Made by a program: the position numbers and the translations under genes. The notes under the pieces are model-generated. The model saw nothing but the letters and a program-made list of their open reading frames with translations. It was not told the origin of the DNA and made no database searches. Shown one piece after another: positions 1 through 10,963 of a DNA stretch of 64,000 bases. The DNA comes from an uncultured Gemmataceae bacterium (GTDB lineage: Bacteria > Planctomycetota > Planctomycetia > Gemmatales > Gemmataceae), in NCBI GenBank assembly GCA_963750165.1, contig CAVVPN010000003.1, forward strand, positions 288,001 to 352,000, given 5' to 3'. Within the stretch, counting starts at the first letter, position 1. Each line of letters opens with the position of its first letter.

Positions 1-66
1 TGGATCGTCGAGAGGGGTGGATATGTAGCGACCGGGCCGCTTCCTGGCAAGCCCAATCCTTGCCTG

Positions 67-110
67 GAATGATGAATGATGAATGGTCTTTCATTCATCA
101 TTCATCATTT
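67..110. repeat. Inverted heptamer tandem repeat (GAATGAT)n / (ATCATTC)n hairpin downstream of rex
   Basis: aatgatgaatgatgaatg-gtcttt-cattcatcattcatcatt, read directly. Confidence 0.8.
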
Positions 111-112
111 GG

Positions 113-808
113 TCAAGCGCTGTCAGTCAACTGCACCAGGAACGCGAGTTGCTCCAGTTGCACCGTCAGGTCCACCGACACCAGGCTGACCTGCGGCGGC
201 AGTCGCAAGACCGTCGGCGCGAAGTTGAGAACGCCGCGCACCCCCGCCGCCACCAGGGCGTCGGCCACCGTCTGGGCCACCTCGGACGGCACGGTCAGGA
301 TGCCCAGTTCCGCGCCGGTGGCGGCGATCACTTCCGTCATCCGCTCCGGCGCGAACACCCGCAGGCCCTCGACCTCCTGGCCGACCTTGGCCGGGTCGGC
401 GTCGAACAGCGCCACAATGCGAAAGCCCTGCTGCTGGAAGCCGCGGTAGCGCAGCAGCGCCCGCGCCAGGTTGCCGACGCCCACCACTGCCACCGACCAC
501 ACCCGGTCGATGCCCAGTCGCCGCCGCAGCGCCGCAATCAGCTCGCGCGTCGGGTAGCCGACGCCCGGGTGGCCCAGGTTGCCCAGGTACGCCAGGTCCT
601 TGCGCACCTGGGCGTCGGTGACGCCCAGGGCCTCGCCTAGCTGACTGCTGGAGACGGTGCGGACGTTTTCGCTGTTGAGCTGTTGCAGGCGGCGCAGGTA
701 CAGGCTGAAGCGGGCGACGCTGGCCCGCGACAGGCGCGGCTCGCCGTTGGGGTGGTTCGGCTCTGAGGGAAAGTCTGCCTTGTCAGTGGGGCCGCCGGTC
801 GGCATCAC
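113..808 (-). CDS. rex: Redox-sensing transcriptional repressor Rex
   Basis: RFSLYLRRL...VSSSQLGEALGVTDAQVRKDLAYLG..G.GY wHTH followed by Rossmann VVGVGNLA, FDADPAKVG, LNFAP; exact start uncertain. Confidence 0.95.
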   Translation of the reverse strand: MMPTGGPTDKADFPSEPNHPNGEPRLSRASVARFSLYLRRLQQLNSENVRTVSSSQLGEALGVTDAQVRKDLAYLGNLGHPGVGYPTRELIAALRRRLGIDRVWSVAVVGVGNLARALLRYRGFQQQGFRIVALFDADPAKVGQEVEGLRVFAPERMTEVIAATGAELGILTVPSEVAQTVADALVAAGVRGVLNFAPTVLRLPPQVSLVSVDLTVQLEQLAFLVQLTDSA

Positions 809-913
809 GTGTGCATCCTCATCACCATCAATTCAATCCACGGCCAAGCCGAAGGCTGAGGGAGAGCAATTCATCGTAGCCGCTGGGTCCGGCCCGGTCA
901 AGTTGACCACCGC

Positions 914-1723
914 TTACGCCGCCAGCGTCGCCAGCAGCGTCAGAAACGCCTCGACCAATCGCGTGAGCCTGTCGCCCTGTGCCGCCGCCGTGGCCAGCAC
1001 TTCCTCGTGGTTCAGCGGCGTGCCGCTCAGGCCGGCGGCGCGGTTGGTGATGCACGACACGGCCGCACACGCCATCCCCAGGTCGGCGGCCGCCTGCGCC
1101 TCGCGCGCCGTGGACATGCCGACCGCGTCGGCGCCCCACGCCCGCAGCGCCCGGATTTCCGCCGGCGTCTCGTAGCACGGCCCCGTCACGGCGCCGTAGA
1201 CGCCCTGGTGCAGCTCGATGCCCTGGTCGGCCGCCGCGTGCGCCAGCAGCGCGAGCAGCGCCGGCGCGTAGGGACTCGGCCGCGCCGGGCCGAGTCCGCC
1301 CGGCCCCGGTTCCCGCCAGCAGTACGGCCGGGTCCAGTCGATGTGGTCGCGGAGGGCCATGAGGCTGCCGGGCACGAGCGCGTCGTGGATGCCGCCCGCG
1401 GCGTTGGTCAACAGGAGGTGGCGGGCGCCGAGCTGGTGCGCGACCGCGACGGGCCGCACCACGTCGTCCCAGGAATGGCCCTCGTAGAAATGCAGCCGGC
1501 CCTCGAAGACCAGCACGCGGCGGTCGAGCCACTCGCCGAGGGTCAGACAGCCGCGGTGGCCGGCGACGGTCGATGCGCCCAGGCCGGGCACGGCCGCGAA
1601 CGGCACGCCGACCAGTGGCGTCAGCCGCCCGGCGACGCCGCCCATGCCGGAGCCGAGCACCAGCGCCAGCGCCGGCGGCGCCGCCTGCGCCAGCCGGGTC
1701 AGCTCGGTAAACGCCGCCGTCAT
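914..1723 (-). CDS. punA: Purine nucleoside phosphorylase (trimeric PunA/XapA type)
   Basis: LVLGSGMG, GRLHFYEG, TNAAGG, GPCYETPAE, DAVGMST, SCITN motifs; start taken at MTAAF. Confidence 0.92.
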   Translation of the reverse strand: MTAAFTELTRLAQAAPPALALVLGSGMGGVAGRLTPLVGVPFAAVPGLGASTVAGHRGCLTLGEWLDRRVLVFEGRLHFYEGHSWDDVVRPVAVAHQLGARHLLLTNAAGGIHDALVPGSLMALRDHIDWTRPYCWREPGPGGLGPARPSPYAPALLALLAHAAADQGIELHQGVYGAVTGPCYETPAEIRALRAWGADAVGMSTAREAQAAADLGMACAAVSCITNRAAGLSGTPLNHEEVLATAAAQGDRLTRLVEAFLTLLATLAA

Positions 1724-1743
1724 TGCCGCCTCAACGTCGATCC

Positions 1744-2481
1744 TCACGTCTGGTCCGACTCCCCCGCCGACCAGCACGCCTGCTTGGCCCGCGCCGCCTG
1801 GGCGATCAGCTGGGCGCACAACTCCTCGCCCAGCAGGCTCGTGTTCAGCACCAGATCATAGTGATACGGCTCGGCGGCGTCGCGGAAGTAATGGTCCTGC
1901 AGGAACCGCGCGCGGCGCTCGTCGCGCAGCCGCACCTGCTCCGCCGCCTCGTCCCCCGTCAGCCGCAGCCATTGCGCCATGTAGGCGATGCGGTCCTGCA
2001 GCGGCGCCACCAGCCGCACGTGCAGGGTGGAGCGTGCCGGCAGCAAAAAACCGGCCCCGCGGCCGATGAGCACGCACTCGCCGGCCACGCCCAGCGCCAG
2101 CAGCAATCGGGCCATGTCCGCCAGCGACGGGTGCGGGCTGACGCGGCCGCTGCGCTGCTCCTGCTCCAGATGCTCCTCGACCCAGTGGACCGCCGTCGGC
2201 GCCAGCTGGTCGAACAGATCCTGGCGGAAATTGTCTTGCTGGGCGAGATACTCCAGCGTCTCCTGCGGGTAGACCTGCCAGCCGAGTTTGGCGCCGGCGC
2301 GGTGGGCGATGCTGGTGCCGCGCGAGCCGGCCTCCCGGCTGACGGCGATGGTCAGCGCCGCGGGGACGCCGTGCAGCTCGCCGCCGCCGCGGTCGCCCTG
2401 GAAGCCGTGGCGTGGCGACTCCGGTCCCGGCGCAGTGGTCGGGTCGTTGTCGTCGTTCAACCTGGGGAAGGGGTCCGGCAT
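1744..2481 (-). CDS. Cytidylate kinase-like family protein
   Basis: TIAVSREAGSRG, CVLIGRGAGFLL, LHVRLVAP, YDLVLNTS. Confidence 0.85.
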   Translation of the reverse strand: MPDPFPRLNDDNDPTTAPGPESPRHGFQGDRGGGELHGVPAALTIAVSREAGSRGTSIAHRAGAKLGWQVYPQETLEYLAQQDNFRQDLFDQLAPTAVHWVEEHLEQEQRSGRVSPHPSLADMARLLLALGVAGECVLIGRGAGFLLPARSTLHVRLVAPLQDRIAYMAQWLRLTGDEAAEQVRLRDERRARFLQDHYFRDAAEPYHYDLVLNTSLLGEELCAQLIAQAARAKQACWSAGESDQT

Positions 2482-2506
2482 CGCAGCACTCGTACAGAAC
2501 AGGCCT

Positions 2507-2576
2507 TGGCGAGCGGCGCGGCGTCAGCCCGCCGGTGGTCTACAGTACCGGCGGGCTGACGCCGCGCCGCTCGCCA
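2507..2576. repeat. REP-like palindrome, family A (GGCGAGCGGCGCGGCGTCAGCCCGCCGG arms)
   Basis: Near-perfect inverted repeat; same arms at 8120-8187, variants at 6807 and 44189. Confidence 0.9.
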
Positions 2577-2616
2577 GTATTAGTAATATAGCCCGGCGGC
2601 GGCCCGACACGAAGCG

Positions 2617-3579
2617 TTAATTCAGATCGAGGTATTCCGCCCGGCGGAAGGCGAGCATCCCGACCGTCAGCAGAAGCACGGTCAACGCCGCCAGCACGCA
2701 CCACGCCGTCGTGCCGCTCACGGGCAGAAAAATCTCCGGCCGGCCCGGCCCGACGCCGTAGGCCTCGCCCTCCTGGAACATCAGGCAGCGCGTGTAAAAG
2801 CTGATGCTGCCGCGCTTGAGGTGGCCGGGTAGATTGCCCATGACGGTTTCCAGGAAGAACGAGTACAAAATGGCAACCACGGCGGCCCGGCGGAACAGGG
2901 CGCCCATGAGGTGGAACAGGGCGGCGAAGGCCAGCGCCCCCCAGAAAACCGCCGGCCAGTACAGCCGCAGCGCCAGCAGACCCGGCGGTCCTGCCGCCAG
3001 GCAGATCAGCGCGAAGCCGCCCAGATTGATCGCCAGGCACCACGGCAGCAGTGCCACGAACTTGGCCAGGTAGATGGCGGGCCGGGACAGCGGCCGCGTC
3101 AGCACCCACAGCAAATTCTGCTGCTCGCGCTCACGGCCCAGCGCCTCCGTCGCAAAGCTCAAACTCCACAACGGCAGCAGGAACGTCGCGAACATCGAGA
3201 AGACGATTTGCCAGCTGAAGCGGACGAAGCCGGCCTGTTCGCGGAATTGCCGGTTCTGCAAGGCGGCGTCGTAGGCGCCGCGCACGGCGTCGCTGAGGCT
3301 CAGCGCGGCGGGGTTGCGCGGCAGGGCGTGCTGCGTCACCCCCAGGCGAATGACCGCCTCCTGATGGGTCAGGCGGCGCGTGTTCGGCGCCCGCCAAAAG
3401 CGCATGTCCCAGGCGGTCGGCGAGATGACCCAGACCAGGAAGACCATGAACACCAACAGGCCCAGGGCGATCCAGACCATCAGGTGCGCCCGCGCCTGCC
3501 GCTGCCAGCTCAGCCAGACCAGGTAGCGCCACGCCCGCCACGCCGAGGGCGATGCGACGGCTCCTTCCAACGGGGACAT
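2617..3579 (-). CDS. ABC transporter permease (ABC-2 type)
   Basis: Multiple TM segments, E-R-E...LLWVLTRPLSRPAIYLAKF motif. Confidence 0.85.
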   Translation of the reverse strand: MSPLEGAVASPSAWRAWRYLVWLSWQRQARAHLMVWIALGLLVFMVFLVWVISPTAWDMRFWRAPNTRRLTHQEAVIRLGVTQHALPRNPAALSLSDAVRGAYDAALQNRQFREQAGFVRFSWQIVFSMFATFLLPLWSLSFATEALGREREQQNLLWVLTRPLSRPAIYLAKFVALLPWCLAINLGGFALICLAAGPPGLLALRLYWPAVFWGALAFAALFHLMGALFRRAAVVAILYSFFLETVMGNLPGHLKRGSISFYTRCLMFQEGEAYGVGPGRPEIFLPVSGTTAWCVLAALTVLLLTVGMLAFRRAEYLDLN

Positions 3580-3599
3580 GGGGACTCCTTGAGTGAGGA

Positions 3600-3673
3600 G
3601 CGCTAAACCGCAAGCGGCGGCCCAGTTGGGTTGGGGCGTGAGAACCTGCTTCGCGCCGCTTGCGGCTTAGCGC
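3600..3673. repeat. REP-like inverted repeat, family B (CCGCAAGCGG core)
   Basis: gcgctaaaccgcaagcggcg ... cgccgcttgcggcttagcgc; related copies at 33301 and 40663. Confidence 0.8.
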
Positions 3674-3684
3674 GGCCCAACCCG

Positions 3685-4602
3685 CTAGCGCCGTCCGCCC
3701 AGCAGGTAGCTCAGGATCGCCTGCGTCGATTCGTCGAGCGTCTCCAGGTGGCGCACCTCGAATGACTCCTCCAGCACCAGCGTCGCCAGACGGCGAAAGA
3801 AGGTCCGCGGTTGCCGCACGCGCACCACCAGCGCGTCCTCCGGCAGCAGGTCCACGCCCTCGACCTCGGGCAGTTCCAGCAGCGCGACGGCCAGTTGTCG
3901 GCTCTGGTCGCAGACGATGCGCACCGACAGCGGGTGGCGGTCCAGCAAATCGCGGATTTGCGGCAGGGTGCCCACGGCGGCGATGCGGCCGCGGGCCATG
4001 ATCGCGACGTGATCGGTCAACTTTTCCAGTTCGTCCAGCTCATGGCTCGACACCAACAGGCATTTGCCCGCCTGCGCCAGCCGCGTGAACAGCTCCAGCG
4101 ATTCCCGGCGGCCGATGGGGTCGATACCGCTCAGCGGCTCGTCGAGCAGCAGCAGTTCCGGCCCGTGCAGCAGCGCCTGGGCCAACTTGACGCGCTGCCG
4201 CATACCCTTGGAATAGCCTCGCAACTTCAGGTCAGCGCGATCGCCCATGCCGACCAGCTCCAGTGTTTCCTCGGTGCGCCGCCGGGCCTCGCGGGCCGTG
4301 TAGCCGCACAGCCGGGCCATCGTCAGCACGAAGCGGCGGCCGGACATTTCCTCATAAAAGCGGTCCAGTTCGGGGCAGTAGCCGATGTGCCGCCGGGCCG
4401 CGGCGCTCCAGGCGTTGTGGCCGCAGACGCGGACACTGCCGAGGTCGGGCCGGATGTGGCCGCCGGCCAACCGCAGCAACGTGCTCTTGCCGGCGCCATT
4501 GCTGCCGACCAGGCCGGTGATGCCCGGCCGCAGTTCCAGCGTCACCTGGTTGAGGCCAATGACGGGGCCGTACCACTTGGAAACGCGGTCGAAGAGCAAC
4601 AC
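3685..4602 (-). CDS. ABC transporter ATP-binding protein
   Basis: Walker A GSNGAGKST, signature YSKGMRQR, Walker B LLLDEP, H-loop SSH. Start uncertain (GTG at 4602 or inside the upstream palindrome); the 511-aa ORF extension overlaps the permease. Confidence 0.9.
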   Translation of the reverse strand: MLLFDRVSKWYGPVIGLNQVTLELRPGITGLVGSNGAGKSTLLRLAGGHIRPDLGSVRVCGHNAWSAAARRHIGYCPELDRFYEEMSGRRFVLTMARLCGYTAREARRRTEETLELVGMGDRADLKLRGYSKGMRQRVKLAQALLHGPELLLLDEPLSGIDPIGRRESLELFTRLAQAGKCLLVSSHELDELEKLTDHVAIMARGRIAAVGTLPQIRDLLDRHPLSVRIVCDQSRQLAVALLELPEVEGVDLLPEDALVVRVRQPRTFFRRLATLVLEESFEVRHLETLDESTQAILSYLLGGRR

Positions 4603-4609
4603 TGGGGGA

Positions 4610-4686
4610 GCTGCTTCGTTCGTGGTACCGCCTTTAGGCGGTCTTCGCTCAAGACCGCCTAAAGGCGGTACCACGAACGAAGCAGC
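4610..4686. repeat. Perfect palindrome with 36-bp arms, family C (TTCGTGGTACCGCCTTTAGGCGG)
   Basis: gctgcttcgttcgtggtaccgcctttaggcggtctt-cgctc-aagaccgcctaaaggcggtaccacgaacgaagcagc. Confidence 0.9.
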
Positions 4687-4700
4687 CGCATCCGGGGTCG

Positions 4701-5681
4701 CTACTTCACGATCTCCACCGCGCGCGTCCGCAGGTTCAAGTAAATCAGGCATACGATGCCAATGCCTCCCAGCACCAGGGCGGCCTCCCAGGTCTGCGGC
4801 TGGGGCCGCGGGGAGATGTCCCCGTGACGGATGCCCAGGCACGCATAGCCCACCAGCCGCAGGTTGTTCCACAGGTCGATCAGGCGCCAGTGCTCGTCGT
4901 GCTCCAGCCCGTCCACCACAATGCTCGCCAGCAGCCGGAAGAACAGGAACAGGCTCGTCCACACCATAATCATCGGCACCGTTCGCCGCACCCAGCTCGC
5001 GACCGCCACCAGTAATACGCTCAAAAACACCGTCAGGACCAGGCCATAACCAAGGATGCCCAGCAACAGCGGCAGCCCCGCCGGGCCGCGGCCGGTGTTG
5101 GTGTTGATGAAATAATCCGGGTCGGCGACGTAGTCCCAGTCGTCCAGGCCGTGCTGCGCATATAGCACCACCGCCGGCAGCGTCGTCAGCAAGTTGACGA
5201 CCACGCCGACCGCCAGACACTTGCCGAGGATGTAATGCCAGCGCGATAGCGGCTTGGCGAGGTAGAACGGCAGCGTGCCGAAGTGGAAGTCGTTGCCGAC
5301 CAGCACCGAACCGGCCAGCGCCAGCACCACCATGAGCATCGCACCCTGGTAGAGGAAGAAATAGCCGAACGTCTCCTGACTGCCGTTGAGGATTCTCAGG
5401 CCCTGGCGCACGACCTTGAGGATCTGGTCGGAGCCAGTCTTTTGCTCCTCACGGACGACGACCTTGACCTGGGCATCGCCGACCTGCGACTCGGCCCAGT
5501 CCAGCAGGAAGGTGCCAAAGAAGAACATCAGGAAGATGAGCAGGCCGGCGGCGTACAGCCACCAGAATAGTTTGCGCCGCAGCAGATTGCCCAGGGCAGT
5601 GCGGGCGATTGGCCAGACACCTGCGAACGGCCGGCGAAATTGTCCGCGCCAGGCTCGGTAGTGGAGCAGCGTGATTTGCAT
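4701..5681 (-). CDS. ABC transporter permease
   Basis: TM-rich; GSVLVGND...LPFYLAKPLSRWHYILGK motif. Confidence 0.85.
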   Translation of the reverse strand: MQITLLHYRAWRGQFRRPFAGVWPIARTALGNLLRRKLFWWLYAAGLLIFLMFFFGTFLLDWAESQVGDAQVKVVVREEQKTGSDQILKVVRQGLRILNGSQETFGYFFLYQGAMLMVVLALAGSVLVGNDFHFGTLPFYLAKPLSRWHYILGKCLAVGVVVNLLTTLPAVVLYAQHGLDDWDYVADPDYFINTNTGRGPAGLPLLLGILGYGLVLTVFLSVLLVAVASWVRRTVPMIMVWTSLFLFFRLLASIVVDGLEHDEHWRLIDLWNNLRLVGYACLGIRHGDISPRPQPQTWEAALVLGGIGIVCLIYLNLRTRAVEIVK

Positions 5682-5682
5682 G

Positions 5683-5790
5683 TTAGTCATTAGTCATTAG
5701 TCATTAGTCATTAGTTTTGAACTCTGCCGTTTGGGAACTCATAATGTCATTCAGTTGTTCTCCTAATGACTAATGACTAATGACTAATGA

Positions 5791-5795
<5 letters not shown>
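5683..5795. repeat. Inverted heptamer arrays (TTAGTCA)n ... (TGACTAA)n
   Basis: 4-5 units on each side; same unit at 56194-56310. Confidence 0.9.
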
Positions 5796-6789
<994 letters not shown>

Positions 6790-6806
6790 GCAGCGCCCCG
6801 TGTTCG

Positions 6807-6871
6807 GCGAGCGGGGTCGCGTCAGCGCCCCGTGAGGCCCATGCACGGGGCGCTGACGCGACCCCGCTCGC
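6807..6871. repeat. REP-like palindrome, family A variant
   Basis: gcgagcggggtcgcgtcagcgccccgtg ... cacggggcgctgacgcgaccccgctcgc. Confidence 0.88.
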
Positions 6872-6880
6872 TGGGCTGAG

Positions 6881-8083
6881 TCACGTCGTGTAGTCCGCGT
6901 TCAGCCGCACGTAGTCGTAGGTGAGGTCGCAGGTCCAGAACGTGCATTTGCCCGTGCCGAGCGTGAAGGCGAGGCGCAGCGTCAGTTCGCGGTGGCCCTT
7001 GAGGTACGCCGACAGCGCCGCCGCGTCGAACGACAGCGGCGCGCCCGCGTGATACAGCGGGATGTCACCGACCCATAGCGAAAGTTGTTCCTCCTCGAAC
7101 GGCACCCCTGCGTAGCCGGCCGCGGACACGATGCGCCCCCAGTTCGGATCGGCTCCGAAGATGGCGGTCTTGACCAGCGCGCTCTCGGCGACGGTTTTCG
7201 CGATTCGCCGCGCCTCGTCGTTGTCGCGGGTGCCGGTGACTTCCACGGTAACCAGATGGGTCGCGCCCTCGGCATCCCCGGCAATCGCCTGCGCCAACTC
7301 GGCACACACCGCGGCGACCGTCTCGTGGAAGCGGGTCAGTCCCGGGTTGCGCAGCGGTGATCTGGTGCCGTTCGCCAGGAACAGCAGCGTATCGTTGGTG
7401 CTCGTGTGGCCCTCGACGCTGACGCAGTTGAACGTGCGCTCCGCGACCGCCGGGGCCAGCACCGCCAGGTCCTCCGCGGTAACGGGTGCGTCCGTCAGCA
7501 CGAACGCCAGCAGCGTCGCCATGTTCGGGCCGATCATCGCGGCGCCCTTGCAAAAGCCGGTCAGCCGATAATCCTGGCCGTCGACGGCCACGGTGCGCGT
7601 CGCTACCTTGATGCGCGTGTCGGTGGTCAGGATGGCGCGGGCGGCTCGTTCAAAGCCCGCGGTGTTGGCGGCGAGCTTGCTCGCGGCGAGGCGGACGCCC
7701 GGCTCGATTTTCTCCATCGGCAGCGGGCGGCCGATGACGCCGGTGGAGCAGACGAGCATTTGTTCCGGCCGGCACCCGATCCCCTCCGCGGCGACGGCGG
7801 TCATGCGGCGGGCGTCGGCGAGACCCTGCTGGCCGGTGCAGGCGTTGGCATTGCCCGAGCAGATGACGACGCCGCGCACGTCCACGGCCGGCAGCCGTTC
7901 ACGGCAGACGCGCACCGGGGCGGCGACGATACGGTTCTGCGTGAACGCCCCGGCGGCGCGGGCCGGGCGGTCGCTGACGATCAGCGCCAGGTCGAGGCGA
8001 TCCGGCTCGACCGGCCGCAGGCCGCAGGGGACGCCGGCGTAACGGTAGCCGGTTGCCAGGTGCCATTCGGGTGTGCTCATCAC
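6881..8083 (-). CDS. argJ: Bifunctional glutamate N-acetyltransferase / amino-acid acetyltransferase ArgJ
   Basis: SGNANACTG, STGVIG, KGAAMIGPNMATLL (autocleavage), STND, DPNWGRI, TCDLT..YV..NADYTT. Confidence 0.97.
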   Translation of the reverse strand: MMSTPEWHLATGYRYAGVPCGLRPVEPDRLDLALIVSDRPARAAGAFTQNRIVAAPVRVCRERLPAVDVRGVVICSGNANACTGQQGLADARRMTAVAAEGIGCRPEQMLVCSTGVIGRPLPMEKIEPGVRLAASKLAANTAGFERAARAILTTDTRIKVATRTVAVDGQDYRLTGFCKGAAMIGPNMATLLAFVLTDAPVTAEDLAVLAPAVAERTFNCVSVEGHTSTNDTLLFLANGTRSPLRNPGLTRFHETVAAVCAELAQAIAGDAEGATHLVTVEVTGTRDNDEARRIAKTVAESALVKTAIFGADPNWGRIVSAAGYAGVPFEEEQLSLWVGDIPLYHAGAPLSFDAAALSAYLKGHRELTLRLAFTLGTGKCTFWTCDLTYDYVRLNADYTT

Positions 8084-8119
8084 TCGTGATTGCCCTTTCC
8101 TGAGAAACGCAGATTTGTC

Positions 8120-8187
8120 GGCGAGCGGCGCGGCGTCAGCCCGCCGGTACTTTGCGAGACCGGCGGGCTGACGCCGCGCCGCTCGCC
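8120..8187. repeat. REP-like palindrome, family A
   Basis: Arms identical to 2507-2576. Confidence 0.9.
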
Positions 8188-8194
8188 AAAAACC

Positions 8195-10693
8195 TCAATG
8201 CCCCTTCAAATCCGGCCGCAGCTGATACAGCACCGCCGCGCTGGCGATGCGCAGCGCGCTCTCCGGCGTGTAGCCGAGGCAGTCCGCCGACTGATGCCGC
8301 TCCAGGGCGCAGCCGATGTCGTACTTGCTGTAAATCACCGCCCAGCGGCCGTCGATCTTGACGCCCTTCAGCAGCGGCGGCATCGCCTGCACCAGTCCCT
8401 TGTTCACCGTCCGGCCGCGGATGGTGTCCTGCGTCAGCGCCGTGCCGTTCAGTTCCTTGCTAAACAGACGGTCGCTCGGCGGAATGGGTTCGAGTTTGTG
8501 TTTCGGCAGCAAAACGTGCAGGAACTCGCGGAACGCGGCGTCAAAGTCCTTCGAGCCGCAGCAGGCGTCCGCGAACAGCAGACCGCCGTTCTCCAGGTTG
8601 AAGCGCAGTTCATTCAAGTCTTCTTTCGCAAACTTGAATTCCTTGCGGCCGTGCATGTAGATGAACTTGTAGTCGAGCGCCTTGCGCGTGCCGACGTTCA
8701 CCTCCTCCCACTTGACCGCCACGTCCACGCCGATGGTTTTGTGCAGATGCACCACCACATTCGACATGGCCCGCGGCGCCAGCTTCCAGTCGCCGCCGTG
8801 GTTCAGCTGGCCGACCTTGAGCACGTTGGGCGGAATGTCCGGCGGGTCGTCCTTGACGACGGCCAGGTCCACGCGCGACAGCCGCGGCCGCGGCGGTTCG
8901 TTGCCGGTGGCGTAGGCGATGATGTTCAGCCCCATCTTGAACGCCAGGGCGCACTGCGGATCCTCCGGCTTGCCCGTCTCCCAGCGGCACGACAGGTCTT
9001 GCGGGCTGTAGATCATCACCCACTTGCAGCCCATGCGCAGCCCCTTCAGGCCGAACGAGCCCGGCTTCACCCCCGAATTCGCGGTCCACACCGGATGGTC
9101 CGCCGGCAGGTCTTCCAGCTCCTGCTCGAAGACTTCCTCAACCCACTTGTGGAACCCCTTGTTGAAGCGCGGGTCGCCGCAGCACGCTTCCGCCAGGATG
9201 AAGCCGCCGTTCTCGACGTACTTCTTTAGCAGTTCCTCCTCCTGCGGTGTGAATCGTCTTCCCCCGCGTTCGCCGCCCGTCATCAGCGACTTGTGGCCGG
9301 TGATATACACGATCGGTGATTGCAACAGGTCCGACGCGACCTCCAGTATCTCCTCGTCGGTCAGGCGCACCGCGGCGCCCTCCTGGATGGACAGCGCCCG
9401 CGCCATGTCGAAGGTCTGCCAGGCCATCGGCGCACGCTTGAACAGCTCCTTGCTGGCGTGAGCGACCAGGTGACGCAGGTCGTTGCGGTCATTGTTCCAG
9501 TCCTGATCGTTGGCGTTGCCGAAGCCTTGCTCCAGGCTGCTGCGCGGCTGCCGGCCGTGCGCCAGTTTGCTGATGAGCACGGGCGTGCGGCCCTTCGACA
9601 AAAACAGCAGCGCGAACGCAGTGTTGATGAGGTGGTATTCCTCCGTGTCCCAGCGCGACGACAGAAACCACTTGCCGTCGTTCTTCTGCGCCTTGACCAG
9701 GAACTCGCAGCCCTCGCGGTACCAGTCGTGCGAGTAGAAGAAGCGCAGCCCCGACAGCCGGCCGGCCCGCTCGATGCCGTAGAGGTTGTAAAAGGTCGCG
9801 TGCGGCGTTGCCAGCTGAAAGCGGTCGTGGTTGGTGCCGCTGATCCAGTCCAGGCCGCGACGCAGCGCCAGCTTGCCGCCCTCGTCGTAGACGCCGCAGT
9901 TCTGGGCGGTGCCGTCCTTCAGCAGCACCTCGCGGCCGGCGTTCAGTTCCATGCCGGCGATCAACAGGCCGCAGATGCCCGCGGTCGTCATGCTCAGCTT
10001 GGAATTCTTGCCGAACGGCCCCAGGCCGCCCTCGCTGTAGCCCCAACCACCGTCGTCGTTCTGATCGGCCTCGTAACACTTGCGGATGGCCTTCCAGATG
10101 TCCGGGTTGATGGTCGCGCCGCCGAGCTTCGCGGCGTACAGGCCCAGCAGCGCGTACTGCGTGTTCGAGTTGTCCGCCTTGCCGCCGGGCAGTTCGGGCC
10201 GGTCATAGCCCCAACCCTGTAGCGGGCCGGTGGGCGGGATGCGCGTCTTCAGGAAGTGGTCCGCGTTCCGCTGCACAACTTCCAGAAACTTCTTGCCGAA
10301 CTGCCGCCCCTCGCGCGCCGCGGCGATGTCGGCCTCGACGAAGGCCATCGTTTGCAGCGACCGCACGTAGGTCGTGGGCTTCTGCAACTTCATCAGGTAG
10401 TCGAGCCCATCGGTGACAGCCGGATCGCTGGACTTGACGCCGGCGTTGAGCAGCGCCAGCACCACCAGGGCCGTCGAGCCGCCGGGGTGCGGTTCCTTGA
10501 CGCCCGAGTCTTCCCAGGCGCCCGTGCCCTTGTGCTGCTGTGTGCGCAGGTAATGGACGCCCTTGTCGATGGCCTTGCGCACCTGGTCCACCAGCGGCTC
10601 TTTTTTGGATGGGCTCTTGTCCTGCGGCGCCGCGGGGGTCAGACCGGGCAGCACCGCCAGGAAGACAGCCACAAGGATCAGGGGAGACTTCAT
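8195..10693 (-). CDS. Secreted DUF4159-domain protein with N-terminal prenyltransferase/squalene-oxidase-like repeats
   Basis: Signal peptide MKSPLILVAV; DNSNTQYALLGL, QNDDGGWGY, SMTTAG; two DUF4159-like halves (GGFILAEACCG, GGLLFADACCG). The 1653-aa ORF N-extension is an antisense shadow. Confidence 0.85.
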   Translation of the reverse strand: MKSPLILVAVFLAVLPGLTPAAPQDKSPSKKEPLVDQVRKAIDKGVHYLRTQQHKGTGAWEDSGVKEPHPGGSTALVVLALLNAGVKSSDPAVTDGLDYLMKLQKPTTYVRSLQTMAFVEADIAAAREGRQFGKKFLEVVQRNADHFLKTRIPPTGPLQGWGYDRPELPGGKADNSNTQYALLGLYAAKLGGATINPDIWKAIRKCYEADQNDDGGWGYSEGGLGPFGKNSKLSMTTAGICGLLIAGMELNAGREVLLKDGTAQNCGVYDEGGKLALRRGLDWISGTNHDRFQLATPHATFYNLYGIERAGRLSGLRFFYSHDWYREGCEFLVKAQKNDGKWFLSSRWDTEEYHLINTAFALLFLSKGRTPVLISKLAHGRQPRSSLEQGFGNANDQDWNNDRNDLRHLVAHASKELFKRAPMAWQTFDMARALSIQEGAAVRLTDEEILEVASDLLQSPIVYITGHKSLMTGGERGGRRFTPQEEELLKKYVENGGFILAEACCGDPRFNKGFHKWVEEVFEQELEDLPADHPVWTANSGVKPGSFGLKGLRMGCKWVMIYSPQDLSCRWETGKPEDPQCALAFKMGLNIIAYATGNEPPRPRLSRVDLAVVKDDPPDIPPNVLKVGQLNHGGDWKLAPRAMSNVVVHLHKTIGVDVAVKWEEVNVGTRKALDYKFIYMHGRKEFKFAKEDLNELRFNLENGGLLFADACCGSKDFDAAFREFLHVLLPKHKLEPIPPSDRLFSKELNGTALTQDTIRGRTVNKGLVQAMPPLLKGVKIDGRWAVIYSKYDIGCALERHQSADCLGYTPESALRIASAAVLYQLRPDLKGH

Positions 10694-10963
10694 CTGCGGG
10701 CCCTCCGGCATCAAACCCCAAGGAGACGGGCAACCTCCATTGTTGCGAACCACAGCACATCTGACAATCGTTTGTCCGACAAAGCGCCAACGCCAGCGGC
10801 GGTAGCTTGTCGATGGGGGGAACTGGACAGGCTGGGAGTTTGGCGAGCAGGCTGACGCCCTCGCTCGCCAGGGTTTGATTTTCTCTTGCCCGGTCGGCGC
10901 GGGATGCCGTACATTCATCAATGGCACAACCCCCATTCCTCCTGCCCAGGAAGCCAGCACCGC

